A stretch of DNA of 64,000 nucleotides from Antechinus flavipes (Eukaryota): positions 252,340,001 through 252,404,000 of the forward strand of contig NC_067403.1 in the NCBI RefSeq assembly GCF_016432865.1. The letters run 5' to 3'. The notes beneath the pieces are model-generated. The model saw only the letters and a list, made by a program, of their open reading frames with translations. It was not told the origin of the DNA and ran no database searches. The position numbers were made by a program, and so were the translations under genes. Each line of letters opens with the position of its first letter. The first letter of the stretch is position 1. Positions 11,247 to 21,809 of the stretch are shown here, piece by piece.

Positions 11247-12343
11247 GCAGAAACTTTCCCTGCGCTCTTGCTGCCCTCCGAGAGCGGAAACTTTCCCTGC
11301 GCTCTTGCTGCCCTCCGCCTGGAAACTTTCCCTGCGCTCTTGCTGCCCTCCGAGAGCGGAAACTTTCCCTGGGCTCTTGCTGCCCTCTGGGCCTGGAAAC
11401 TTTCCCTGCGCTCTTGCTGCCCTCCGGGCTCGGAAACTTTCCCTGCGCTCTTGCTGCCCTCCGAGAGCGGAAACTTTCCCTGCGCTCTTGCTGCCCTCCG
11501 AGAGCGGAAACTTTCCCTGCGCTCTTGCTGCCCTCCGCCTGGAAACTTTCCCTGCGCTCTTGCTGCCCTCCGAGAGCGGAAACTTTCCCTGGGCTCTTGC
11601 TGCCCTCTGGGCCTGGAAACTTTCCCTGCGCTCTTGCTGCCCTCCGGGCTCGGAAACTTTCCCTGCGCTCTTGCTGCCCTCCGAGAGCGGAAACTTTCCC
11701 TGCGCTCTTGCTGCCCTCCGGGCCTGGAAACTTTCCCTCGCTCTTGCTGCCCTCCGGGTCTGGAAACTTTCCCTCGCTCTTGCTGCCCTCTGGGCCTGGA
11801 AACTTTCCCTCGCTCTTGCTGCCCTCTGGGCTGGAAACTTTCCCTCGCTCTTGCTGCCCTCTGGGCCTGGAAACTTTCCCTCGCTCTTGCTGCCCTCTGG
11901 GCCTGGAAACTTTCCCTCGCTCTTGCTGCCCTCTGGGCCTGGAAACTTTCCCTCGCTCTTGCTGCCCTCTGGGCCTGGAAACTTTCCCTGCGCTCTTGCT
12001 GCCCTCCGGGTGCGGAAACTTTCCCTGCGCTCTTGCTGCCCTCTGGGCCTGGAAACTTTCCCTGCGCTCTTGCCGCCCTCTGGGCCTGGAAACTTTCCCT
12101 GCGCTCTTGCCGCCCTCTGGGCCTGGAAACTTTCCCTGCGCTCTTGCTGCCCTCTGGGCCTGGAAACTTTCCCTGGGCTCTTGCTGCCCTCTGGGCCTGG
12201 AAACTTTCCCTGGGCTCTTGCTGCCCTCTGGGCCTGGAAACTTTCCCTGCGCTCTTGCTGCCCTCCGGGTGCGGAAACTTTCCCTGGGCTCTTGCTGCCC
12301 TCCGAGAGCGGAAACTTTCCCTGCGCTCTTGCTGCCCTCCGGG
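11247..12343. repeat. 35-37 bp GC-rich minisatellite, 30 copies (ggaaactttccctgcgctcttgctgccctccgagagc)
   Basis: Units counted by hand; 220-bp six-unit block present twice (11249-11468, 11469-11688); explains five overlapping ORFs of about 400 aa. Confidence 0.97.
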
Positions 12344-12489
12344 CGGGGGGTCTGACTTCTGCTCCAGATGGCCGCGTGTGGAGGTGGCCCGGCCACTGGG
12401 GATCTCCACGGGTGCTAGACGACCATTTGCTAGGGGGATTGCCGAGGGTGTTCTTTTAGGGCGCGGGGGATGAGGTCCCTGCCAATCCC

Positions 12490-12685
12490 GAGATTCTAGC
12501 TCTGAAGTATCATATTCTGTGTTTGAAGGTTCCTTCCAGCTATAATGTTCTACATTCTAAGGTTCCTCCCAGCTGTGGACGTCCAATGTTCTACGTTCTA
12601 ATATCCCCTGCCAGCTCTGACACTTTATTCTGTGTTCTAAGGCCCCTGCCAGCTCCGACACTTCCACATGCTAAGTTCTAGGGTT
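12490..12685 (+). repeat. Degenerate tandem array of CR1/L3-tail units (ccagctctgacac...ttctgtgttctaaggtccc)
   Basis: Repeated aaggttcc(t/c)tccagct...gttcta. Confidence 0.6.
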
Positions 12686-12747
12686 CCTGGCAGGTCCGAA
12701 CCACCTTTGACTTAATGGTTTTAGTGACCGTGGCTCCGTGTTTGCAG

Positions 12748-12861
12748 GACGTGGGCCGGGGTTACCTGGCCGTGCTCACCATCTTCACCATCCTGGAGTT
12801 CTTCATTGCTGTTATTGCCACCTATTTCGGGTGCCAGGCGACCCGCTCCAGCACCAATACA
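12748..12861 (+). CDS. MS4A15: MS4A15 coding exon 5 (DVGRGYLAVLTIFTILEFFIAVIATYFGCQATRSSTNT; TM4)
   Basis: tttgcag acceptor, GTGAGT donor; matches human DVDRGYLAVLTIFTVLEFFTAVIAMHFGCQA. Confidence 0.95.
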
Positions 12862-14319
12862 GTGAGTCCTCCAGCCCTTTGGGGGGGGGGAGTCTGGTCA
12901 GGCTTTGGGGCGGAGGGCACGCTGGGACAATTCCTGCCCCTTCCTTCGGGAAAGCTGCAGGAGAAACGCCCCTGGGGTGTGAGCCCCACCTGGTGGCCAG
13001 CAGGACCCCGGGGAGGCAGCGCTCAGGGACAGGCCTGGGTTCTGGATAATGTCTCTGCCGCGCCTGGCGCAGGGAGATCCCAGAGACCATGGAGTCCAAC
13101 GAGGCACGCGTCCGTTTTAATTTAAATTGGAAACTCAAACAACCATCCCAGAGACTCAGCGAAGACCAAGGGGGAGAGAGGGGGCGCAATAAGAACCACA
13201 GTCAGGACTCGAACCCACTTCCTCTTCCTCAAAACTCAGTGTTTTTCCTATTACGCCAAGGGATCTCTTCTACTTTCTCTAAACAAATGAGAAACAAATG
13301 GTCGGAGGCATCGCAAAGTCAAAAAGCTCAGGACAAACTTCTCTGTCCCCCTCCCAGACTCTGCTGAGCGAGGGTCCCAGTGAGCCAGGCTCCCACCCTC
13401 AGGCTCATCCCCCAAGTCTCATTCTGAAGCTCGCCTTCCCTCGGCAAACGTTAGCCCAGTTCGGGGGCGTTTCCTCCTCTCCCCCGCGGCCACCGTCAGG
13501 CCCAGGCTCTCCAAGAACTGCTTAGTGGGTCTCCCCGGCTCGGTCTCCCCTTTCCAAGGCAGCCTGCACCCAGCTGCATCCAAATAGCCCCAGGCTCCCG
13601 GGTCCTCTGCTCAAGCTGTGCCCTTCAGCGCTCCCGAGGAATAAGGGCCCGCCCAATCTCGATATTCGGGAAGGACGCAGTCCGGAGCATCGGAGGCTTG
13701 CTCCCCAGTTCCCTAATATCCCCCCAAACCGCCAGGGACACGGGACAAGGACATCCCAGTCACTTCCGGTCTCAATCACTTTACACTTAAAAAGCTCCTT
13801 TCTGGATTTAGAATTAGGCAAGACCTGGCTTCTAATACCCTTCGGATGAGTGCGGCTGTGGGCCGGCCGTGTCATCTCCCAGCCTCGGTGTTGTGACATG
13901 AGCCTTACGTTGCCCTTAGGGCCTTTGTCACGTGGGGGAAGATCCAGTGGGCCAGGTGTGCAGTGCTGACATACGGCATCAGGAACTGGCCCCCATTGTC
14001 CCTCCGAGGCTCCGCTCTGCCGCCCCCTCCCCCCCACCGGAAGCCTTCCAGATTCTCCTCCCGGGCGGTCCCCTCCCCAACCCAGAAGTCCCTCTGTGTG
14101 GGGTAGTTTATGTAAAAATGCCTTGCAGGAGTCCTGTGGGACCCAAACATGCAGATGTGGCCGGGTTTGCTTCTCCAGCCCACAGTGAAAGCGCGTGATT
14201 GTTAAACTAACCCGGGCCTGGTGTGTGGAAAGTGCTCAGTTCTCAAATAAGTGTTTTAAGTGGCTGGTGAGAGAGGAGGGAGGGAGGGAGATGGGCAGAC
14301 GAACAGATAAACAAAAAAA

Positions 14320-14660
14320 AGAGAGAAGAGGGAAGGAGACACGGAAGGGGAAAACAAAAGGGGGAGAAGAGAGTGAGAGACAGAGAGAAAGAAAGAGAAG
14401 AAGGGGAGTGAGAGACAGAGAGAAGAAAGAGAAGAAGGGGAGTGAGAGACAGAGAGAAAGAAAGAGAAGAAGGGGAGTGAGAGAAAGAAGGAGTGAGAAA
14501 GCGAAAGAAAGAGAGGAAGGGGAGAGTGAAAGACAAAGAAAGAGAAGGGGAGCGAGATACAGAAAGAGAAGGATAGTGAGAGACAGAAAAAGAAAAAGGG
14601 AATGAGAGACAGAGAAAAAAGAGAAGAGTGGAGGATAGAGGGGGAAAGAAGGGAGAGAGT
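14320..14660. repeat. GA-rich low-complexity tract with internal duplications
   Basis: gagtgagagacagagagaaagaaagagaagaagggga repeated. Confidence 0.85.
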
Positions 14661-14856
14661 GAGGGAGAAAACTCTTCCCGCAGGCAGCAGGGAGCCCCGG
14701 ACTCGCAGTCAGGAAGGACAAGCAGGTCTCGGGCACTGCTCGCGGTGGAAGGGGGCGGGGGGGGGGGTCTCTGTGCCTCAGTTTCCCCATCTGTTACAAG
14801 ACAGGATTAGGACTTGAGCTTACGTCTTCTCGGGCCCTCCAGGCGTGATCCCTTGA

Positions 14857-14875
14857 TGGCCACCAGGGGGAGCCC
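14857..14875 (+). promoter_or_regulatory. Candidate CTCF site
   Basis: tggccaccagggggagccc; 13 of 14 positions match the core CCASYAGRKGGCRS. Confidence 0.6.
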
Positions 14876-14934
14876 TCGCACTGACTCCCGCGGGGGGAGC
14901 GGGCTCTAACGTGACCTTTCCCTCCTTCCAGCAG

Positions 14935-15051
14935 TCCATGGTTTTCCTGCCCAACGCCTTCAGCACAGACTTCAACATCCCCAGCCCAGCAGCCACCCCG
15001 CCCCCGGCCTACGACAACGTGGCCTATACTTCCAAGGAAGCCTCGGAGTAG
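14935..15051 (+). CDS. MS4A15: MS4A15 last coding exon (SMVFLPNAFSTDFNIPSPAATPPPAYDNVAYTSKEASE*)
   Basis: Pyrimidine tract then ccagCAG tandem acceptor (exon could start at 14932); matches human PVIFLPNAFSADFNIPSPAASAPPAYDNVAY; TAG at 15049-15051. Confidence 0.95.
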   Translation, partial: SMVFLPNAFSTDFNIPSPAATPPPAYDNVAYTSKEASE

Positions 15052-15359
15052 GAGCCGCCGCCCTCCCGGAGCCTGCCCGCCCTCCGCAGCCCCGGGAGAA
15101 GGCTGCCCCGGCCCATTGTCCCCAGTGTCCGCCTAGGTCAGCCGGCCTTGGGCCGAGGGTCGGCCACGATGGGTTGGGGGCCGGGACCCGGTGTCCTGCT
15201 CCTCCAGTCATTTCTTTCCCCAGAGACTCCCAGTGGGGGCAGTCGCGTGTTCCCGCCATTTCCCTGGGCTCCGTGGCCCTGGGCGGCAGGAGGGTGAAGG
15301 GTTCGGAGCGCCGGCCCGGGCTTCGAAGTCCCAGTCTCCTGCAGCAGCAAATCCAGTTT

Positions 15360-15365
15360 AATAAA
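15360..15365 (+). terminator. Candidate proximal poly(A) signal for MS4A15
   Basis: AATAAA about 310 nt after the stop. Confidence 0.4.
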
Positions 15366-15442
15366 ATTGGGGCAGATTATTGGACCCCCGTCCCTCCTCT
15401 GAAAGGAATGGATGGTCAGAGAAGAGCTTCTGCTGCTGTCTG

Positions 15443-15760
15443 GGAAGGTCCTGTCCAGTGTGTCCCCAGTACGGTGGCTCGGAAGGTCCTGTCTCCCTCG
15501 CCTCCAATATGGTGGCTCGGAAGGTCCTGTCCAGTCTGTCCCCCGTACGGTGGCTCGGAAGGTCCTGTCCAGTTTGTCCCCCGTACGGTGGCTCGGAAGG
15601 TCCTGTCCAGTCTGTCCCCCGTACGGTGGCTCGGAAGGTCCTGTCCAGTGTGTCCCCAGTACGGTGGCTCGGAAGGTCCTGTCCAGTTTGTCCCCAGTAC
15701 GGTGGCTCAGAAGGTCCTGTCCAGTGTGTCCCCAGTACGGTGGCTCGGAAGGTCTTGTCC
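15443..15760. repeat. 38-bp minisatellite, about 8.4 copies (ggaaggtcctgtccagtgtgtccccagtacggtggctc)
   Basis: Units start at 15443, 15481, 15519, 15557, 15595, 15633, 15671, 15709, 15747. Confidence 0.97.
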
Positions 15761-16788
15761 CGCTCATTCCTGCCGTGGCTCCGCAGCCCGGCTTTGATAA
15801 TCTGGGAGCTGAGTTCTCTGACACCCCCCATGCTAAGCGTCCTCCCACTTTGACATCCCCCCTTCTGAGGCATCTTGGGTGGGGGCATTCAGGAAGCTGG
15901 GCGGTGTGGTGGGCATAGCGCGGGCCTTAGAATCAGACACTGAGATCAAAACCTGCTTCCGAGGCCTTCTAGCTGTCAGTGACGCTCTCCCAGCCTCAGT
16001 TTCCCCATTTATAAAATGGGAGTAGCATCCATTTCGCAGTTGGATCCAATGAGCTAGCGCAGGTGAGGAGCTTTGAAAGGCTCCAAGTGCTACACCAATG
16101 CTGGTGCCTGTGGTCCCAAGTTCCCTTCTGGCCCTGGAGTTCTGTGAGCCTGATTCATCCCCTCGGCTTCCCGGTCTGCTCTCTTGCTAAAATAGACTCC
16201 CGTTTCACAGCTCCCACCCCAGCTGTGTTTCTAAATGTCGCCTAAGGTTCAGCTCTGCAGACTGATTGGCTGAGTGGGCCCCTCAGAGACCCTCAAACCA
16301 CATTTCACACAGTCTAATCCTCCTCCAACCCAGGAAGAATCACGCAGTTTCCATCCTGGGAATCTGGCCCAAAGGCTGGCCCGCGTTCAGGGAAGGGCCC
16401 CAGGGAGGCTGCGCTTCCTACTCCGATCCCCCCCGATGACCCCAATCTGAGAAATCTGCAGAAAAACTTGTTCGATGGCAGGAGAGTGACTTCCTCTCTC
16501 GGAGCCTCAGTTTTCCCCTCTGTAAATTGGGAAAGAGAGCGCGGGAAGGTTAAACTAGATCTTCTCCACAGAGATAATTTCCCCTCCAGATTCAGATCCT
16601 GATCTGAAGAGCCAGAAGCTCCGGGTGACTGAGAAGCTTCCTGAAAGACCCGGGAGTGGCAGGGGACCAGGACGGTCCAGGCTGGGGCAGCTGGGCTGGG
16701 GGCCCCTTGCAGGCTAGTTCCGGCTGCTGGCGGGTGCGAGGGTGCTTTGTGTCTGTCTGTGTCTGCATGTTCCCGTATCAATGACTGG

Positions 16789-16794
16789 AATAAA
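16789..16794 (+). terminator. Candidate distal poly(A) signal for MS4A15
   Basis: AATAAA at the end of a GC-rich unique stretch. Confidence 0.4.
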
Positions 16795-19419
16795 CGTGTG
16801 GCTCAAACTCCCAGTCGTGATCAGAATTATTGGTAACCATTAGCCAGCCTGGAGCCATCATTACAACTTCTCCCTCATTCTCCCCTTTCTCCTCCTCCCC
16901 TTCTTTCCTCCCTCTCCTTTCCTATGACTCTCCAGTGGCACATAAAGCTCCCGGGTCACCAGCCTTCGCTCTGCCCCGCTCAGCCTCCTGCCTTATCTGT
17001 CAGCCGGGCACGTGACAGGGAGACCTTGGACCCGAGCCACCTGGCTAGTGGGAGTCTCTCAAGTGCTCCGAGGTCCCTTCCAGAACTCCCAGCCCCCGGG
17101 GCTTTCTCCCTGACCCTTGACTTTCTCCCACGGACCATCCCGGTTCCTTTCCCTCCCCTGGGGCTTCCCTCGCAGTGACCTCTAGGGACTGAGGCCCTAA
17201 CATGACTGGTCTCTTCATCTGACTGATTACCTCCGCTCATGGGTTGGATGGCGGGACTTCAACGTGGACGAAACTCTAGAAATAAGCTCCTTCTCTCCGG
17301 CGGCTGCCCCCAAAAACAGCCCCATTGCTTCTGATTTAGGTTCCCAGTCCCCAATGAAGTCACTTAATCTGGGCGGGCAGGGCAGACTGGGCCAGGAAGC
17401 CAGCTGAAAGGAAAGCTCCTTGCCAGCTAGCTGGGGGGAGGGGGGAGGAGGGGGAGAGGGAAAGAAAGGCTGGCCCTCCTGGGAAAGGAGACTCGGGGTG
17501 TCCAGGAGGACCAGAAAAGGCACTGATGTTCTCTAAAGTTGGACTTCGTCATGGAAGTCCATCTCCCTGCATGGCGAGCCATCTGCTCTCACATCCCTGA
17601 CAAATGGCCGCCTCGTCTCCAAGGACAACCTCCAAGGAGGTCCCACTTCTAGGAGACCATTGCTAGGCACTCACCCTGAGCATGAACTTGATGATTTGAG
17701 GGAAGACATAAAACAAGGATTACTGGATTTTGAAGTCGAGTTAAGTGGGACATGGTCTAGATAGCCACTGACCCATTTATGTAGCATCACATCTCTGCCC
17801 TGTGACTCAGTTTCTCCAGTTGTAAAACGGCAGGGCCAGACATGTGATCTCAAGGTCCCTTCCAGTTCACTCTCAGCTACACTAGAACAGAATTTTTCCC
17901 CCTGACAATACCTGTTCGTTACTAGAGCTTTATTTCTTTGTGGGGGAGAGAAAATCAAACACCTGCTAAATGAGGGAGAAAATGCAATTTTAATAAAAGG
18001 AAGAAAGAGCGTTACCTCTGGAATCCGGGCCTGAGATCCAAGCGCTGCCTCTGAGGGCCGCTTACCACCTGCCTGCCGTGAGGAGGTCACTTCTGTGCTG
18101 AGCTCCTAGATCTCGCGGTCCACGACTCGGGAGGTCGGTCAGCCTGAGGAGGAGCCCGGCTGCTACAACGAGAAAAGATCCTAGACCCGGATGCAAAAGG
18201 CCTGAAGTGCGGCCGTGGAAAACCTGGGGCACGCATCTCTCCAACAGTGATTAGAACTCGGATTCTGCAGAGCCGAATGGAGATGTGGAATCGGGACTGA
18301 GTTCGAATGCTACCTCTACGGCTCACTGCCTGGGAGAGCTTAACTCATGTTTCAGCCTTGTTTTCCCTCTTCCGTAAAACAAAACCCTCTAAGCTCCTTC
18401 AAGCTCTCAAACTGTGAGCTCAGATCTTTGACTGATCAGCTGTGGGATTGCCGTTGTTCAGTTGTGTCTAAGCCCCTTCGAGGTTCTCTTGGAGAAGATC
18501 CTGGGTTGGTCTGCTATTTTCTTCTCCAGCTCATTTTATAGATGAGGAAACTGAGACAAAACTGGGCGAAGGGACTTCCCAGCTCCTACGGTGTCTGGGA
18601 CTGGCTTGGGTCCAGGTCTGGAACGCTGTCCTCTGTACCACCCAGCCGTCCCAATTACCTCTGTCCCCATTGGGAGAACATGGCTTTACTCTCCTATTTC
18701 TCAGATAATGACAAGTACTCCAGACCTCCTTAACCCTTAACCCCTTAATCTATTCCCTCTGCTCCCACCATCCAGAGAAGTACTGATTACTTAGACAGGG
18801 ACCCTCAGGCTTCTGGAAGATAGAAACTGATAAAAGGTCTCTTTGGGAAAGCTGCAGGGGAGTTAGTAGTAATAGTATTAGCAATAACAACAACAATTGT
18901 ATTTATATATTGTTTGAAGGTTACAAATCACTTTACAAATAAGATCCCATTTGATCCTCACAACAATCCTGGGAGTTAGGTGTTATTAATACCCCATTTT
19001 ACAGATGGGGAAGCTGAGGCTGAGAAACGTTAGATTTGAATTCAGGTCTTCCTGGTTCTAGGTCCAAGGCTCCATTCACTGAGCCATCTGGCTGACATAA
19101 TAAAAAATTAGTTCTCCTCATTCACTGGCCAGCTACTGGAACGACCGATTGGTCTTTGAAGAAAATGCTAACGAGATCGTACAGTGAATAAAGCACAGGG
19201 CCCGACCTCGGGAAGACATGCATTAAATCTGGCCTCAGATACTCACAAGCTATGTGACCCTGAGCGCTTGCTGGTCTCAGTTTCCCCATCTGTAAAATGA
19301 GCATAATAACAGCACCTCTCTCCCAGAACTGCTTCAAGATTTTATAAAGTGTTTAGCACATAGTAGTTTCTGTGTTACCTATTATTTCTATTAGTCTACT
19401 TGTGTCTTTAAAGACAGTA

Positions 19420-20150
19420 GGAGATATCTGAAAAGAAGTATCTTTCAGATGCCCAATCAGGAGGGAAGGAAGAAAAAAACTTCTTAAAATTATACCAGCT
19501 AGAGAAGAAAATAAAAGAAAAAAATTAAAGGCTCTTGAAAATCTCTCCAATTTGAAGAACAACATTATTTCAAAACGTCAAGTTATTAATTGCATTTATA
19601 ATAACAGACCCCCCCCAAAATCCCAAGGGAATCATAAAGGAGGGGAAAGGACCCACGTGTGGAAAAATATCGGTAGCGGTTCAAAGAATTGGAAAATGAG
19701 TGGATGCCCATCAATTGGGGAAGGGCTGAACAAGTTGTGGTACATGAAGGTGATGGAATATTATTCTATTAAAAATGATGAACAAGCTGATTAGAAAGGC
19801 CTGGAAAGGTTTACATGAACTGACGCTGAGCGAAACAAGCAGAACCAGGAATATACTGTACATAGTAACAGCAAGAACGTTGATGATCAACTATGAAAGG
19901 CTCGGTTCTTCTCAGTGGGACAGTGATCCAAAGGAATCCCAATAGACCTTGGACAGAAAATGGCATCTGCCACTAGGGGAAAAAACTAAGAAACTGAATA
20001 GAAATCAACACATGCTATGTTCACTTCTTTTTTTTTTCTGTTTTCTTTTTCTCTCCCTTGGTTTTTCCCTTTTGCTCTGATTTTTCTCTCCCAACGTGAC
20101 TCATAAAGCAATGTGTATTAAAAATAAATAAATAAATGCATGAATGAATA
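19420..20150 (+). mobile_element. L1 3' fragment (ORF2 end and 3' UTR, A-rich tail)
   Basis: gagtggatgcccatcaattggggaa...tggtacatgaaggtgatggaatattattct (GCPSIGE..KLWYM..MEYYS motif); tail aataaataaataaa. Confidence 0.85.
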
Positions 20151-20914
20151 AACAAACGAATACATAGAGAGAGAGAGAGATAAATAAAAGACAATTAACA
20201 GACTCGCTCACCCTGTTGTGGCCTGCCAGAACTGTCATCCAAATAATGAGGGAACTCGACTGGGTGATCTCTGGGGGCTATAGCCCTTCCCACACTCAGT
20301 GGTCTCCTTTCCATGGATGTAAAGCAGACATCATGCTTTCTGTCCCAGAAGGTTTACAGTAATACAAAATAAACCAACAGTAGAGATAATGGCTTTCTTG
20401 GCAATAGTCGCTAATAGCTCCTGGAGGGCTTTCTGCTGCCAGCTCACAGAGAGGAAGCTCAAGTCGGGCTAGCGAGCCATGCTGGATGCAAGGGTCCCCA
20501 CCGGGGGCTTAGCAAAGTCCCTCCTTGTCACCGTCTCCGACAAAGGCATTTTCTTCTGGATGGAATGGATAGAAGACTTGGTATTAATGTCAGAGAGCCG
20601 GGTTCCAATCCCAAGCCGGCTGGTGAATCCCTCTGTGGGCCTCCTCATCTGTAAAATGAATAGAAATAATTACCCTTGGAAATCTACATCTGAATCTAGG
20701 TTCCTACAGGATGAGGGAGATGAGGGGCGAGTATAAACAACATATGTGTTAGAAACAGAGCTGGGGGCAGATATTGAGGATGGGATCCCACAACTAATAA
20801 AGCAACAAGCATGTGTTGTCTCTGGTCCAGAGTAGGCAGCAAAGAGAACACTCGAACAATAAACAACTTGAAACCAGAAGACCTGAATCCTAGTCCTAAT
20901 TTTAATACTTAATA

Positions 20915-21105
20915 CAGGGGTCCTCAAACTTTTTAAGTAGGGGGCCAGTTCACTGTCCCTCAGACTGTTGGAGAGTCAGACTATAGTAAAAACAAAAACT
21001 TTGTTTTGTGGGCCTTTCAATAAAGAAACTTCATGGCCCTGGGTGAGGGGGATAAACGTCCTCAGCTGCCGCATCTGGCCCACGGCCTTAGTTTGAGGAC
21101 CCCTG
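20915..21105. mobile_element. Non-autonomous hAT (Charlie/OC1-type) MITE, 191 bp
   Basis: Perfect 16-bp TIRs CAGGGGTCCTCAAACT (20915-20930) and AGTTTGAGGACCCCTG (21090-21105); left flank acttaata (nnnTAnnn), right flank a--taata. Confidence 0.9.
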
Positions 21106-21339
21106 ATAATAGTTAGGTGACTCTAAACCTTGGCTTTCTCATCTATAAGATGGGTATTGGAGAATGTCTGCACTAACCACCTCACACGCTTTGAAACCAT
21201 AAAGTAAGAAAAGAAATGGGCTATTACTTAAGCAACCAGTACATATTTTGCTCAGAGCTGAAAAGGGACCTACATTAAATAGGAAATAAATTAGACATAA
21301 AAATAAGGTCTATTTAAAAAAATTAAAAAGAATCAGCAA

Positions 21340-21485
21340 ACGTGTAATGGGGATAAGTTAGAAGCCGTCCCAACAAGACCAGGGGTGAAACAAGGATGTC
21401 TATGATCACCATTATTATTCAATATTGTACTGGAAATGATAGCTATAGCAATAAGAGGAGAAAAAGATATTGAAGGGATTAAAAA
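21340..21485 (+). mobile_element. Internal L1 ORF2 RT fragment
   Basis: ggggtgaaacaaggatgtc...ttattattcaatattgtactggaaatg encodes GVKQGC..PLLFNIVLEM. Confidence 0.85.
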
Positions 21486-21619
21486 TGAAAAAAAAAAAGT
21501 AAATAAGACATCATTGGTCTATAAGGTCCTGATATCCCATGGTTCTTCCCTCAAAGCTACTCACACACTCCAGGATCCAAGGAAGTTTTCCTATCCAATC
21601 TGATCTGGAGAGAGAAACG

Positions 21620-21809
21620 TCATTTGATAAGGATAAGTGATGTGCGGATGATCAATCGGAGTAATTTATACCAAAGGGGACTTTGGTCCAGCACCTGTAA
21701 TCAAAAGTTATCATCGAGGAGGATCCAAAGTCCTTCTTGTTTTGATTCCAGCAGGCAAGAGGAGGGAGAAGAACGCCTGAGAGCAGACCAACCCGCCAGC
21801 CAAGTGAGT
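21620..21809 (+). promoter_or_regulatory. Putative MS4A10 promoter and non-coding exon 1
   Basis: GATA sites (tgataag, ggataag, gttatc), HNF4-type CAAAGTCC motifs at 21677-21689 (minus) and 21721-21734, donor CAA|GTGAGT at 21804. Confidence 0.5.

Noticed and set aside
11247-12343. Resemblance to a CRISPR array (37-bp repeats with an internal palindrome)
   Set aside because: Units are head-to-tail with no unique spacers, there are no cas genes, and the context is a mammalian intron
11143-12473. Five overlapping ORFs of 390-417 aa on both strands
   Set aside because: They are translations of the stop-free 35-37 bp minisatellite inside an intron; there is no splice or protein-family support
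15138-15918. ORFs of 157-236 aa on both strands
   Set aside because: They are products of the 38-bp minisatellite in GC-rich sequence
16575-16794. Possible extra terminal exon (ttcccctccag acceptor, then AATAAA)
   Set aside because: No matching donor was identified, and a 3' UTR intron this far from the stop would predict NMD; there is no independent support
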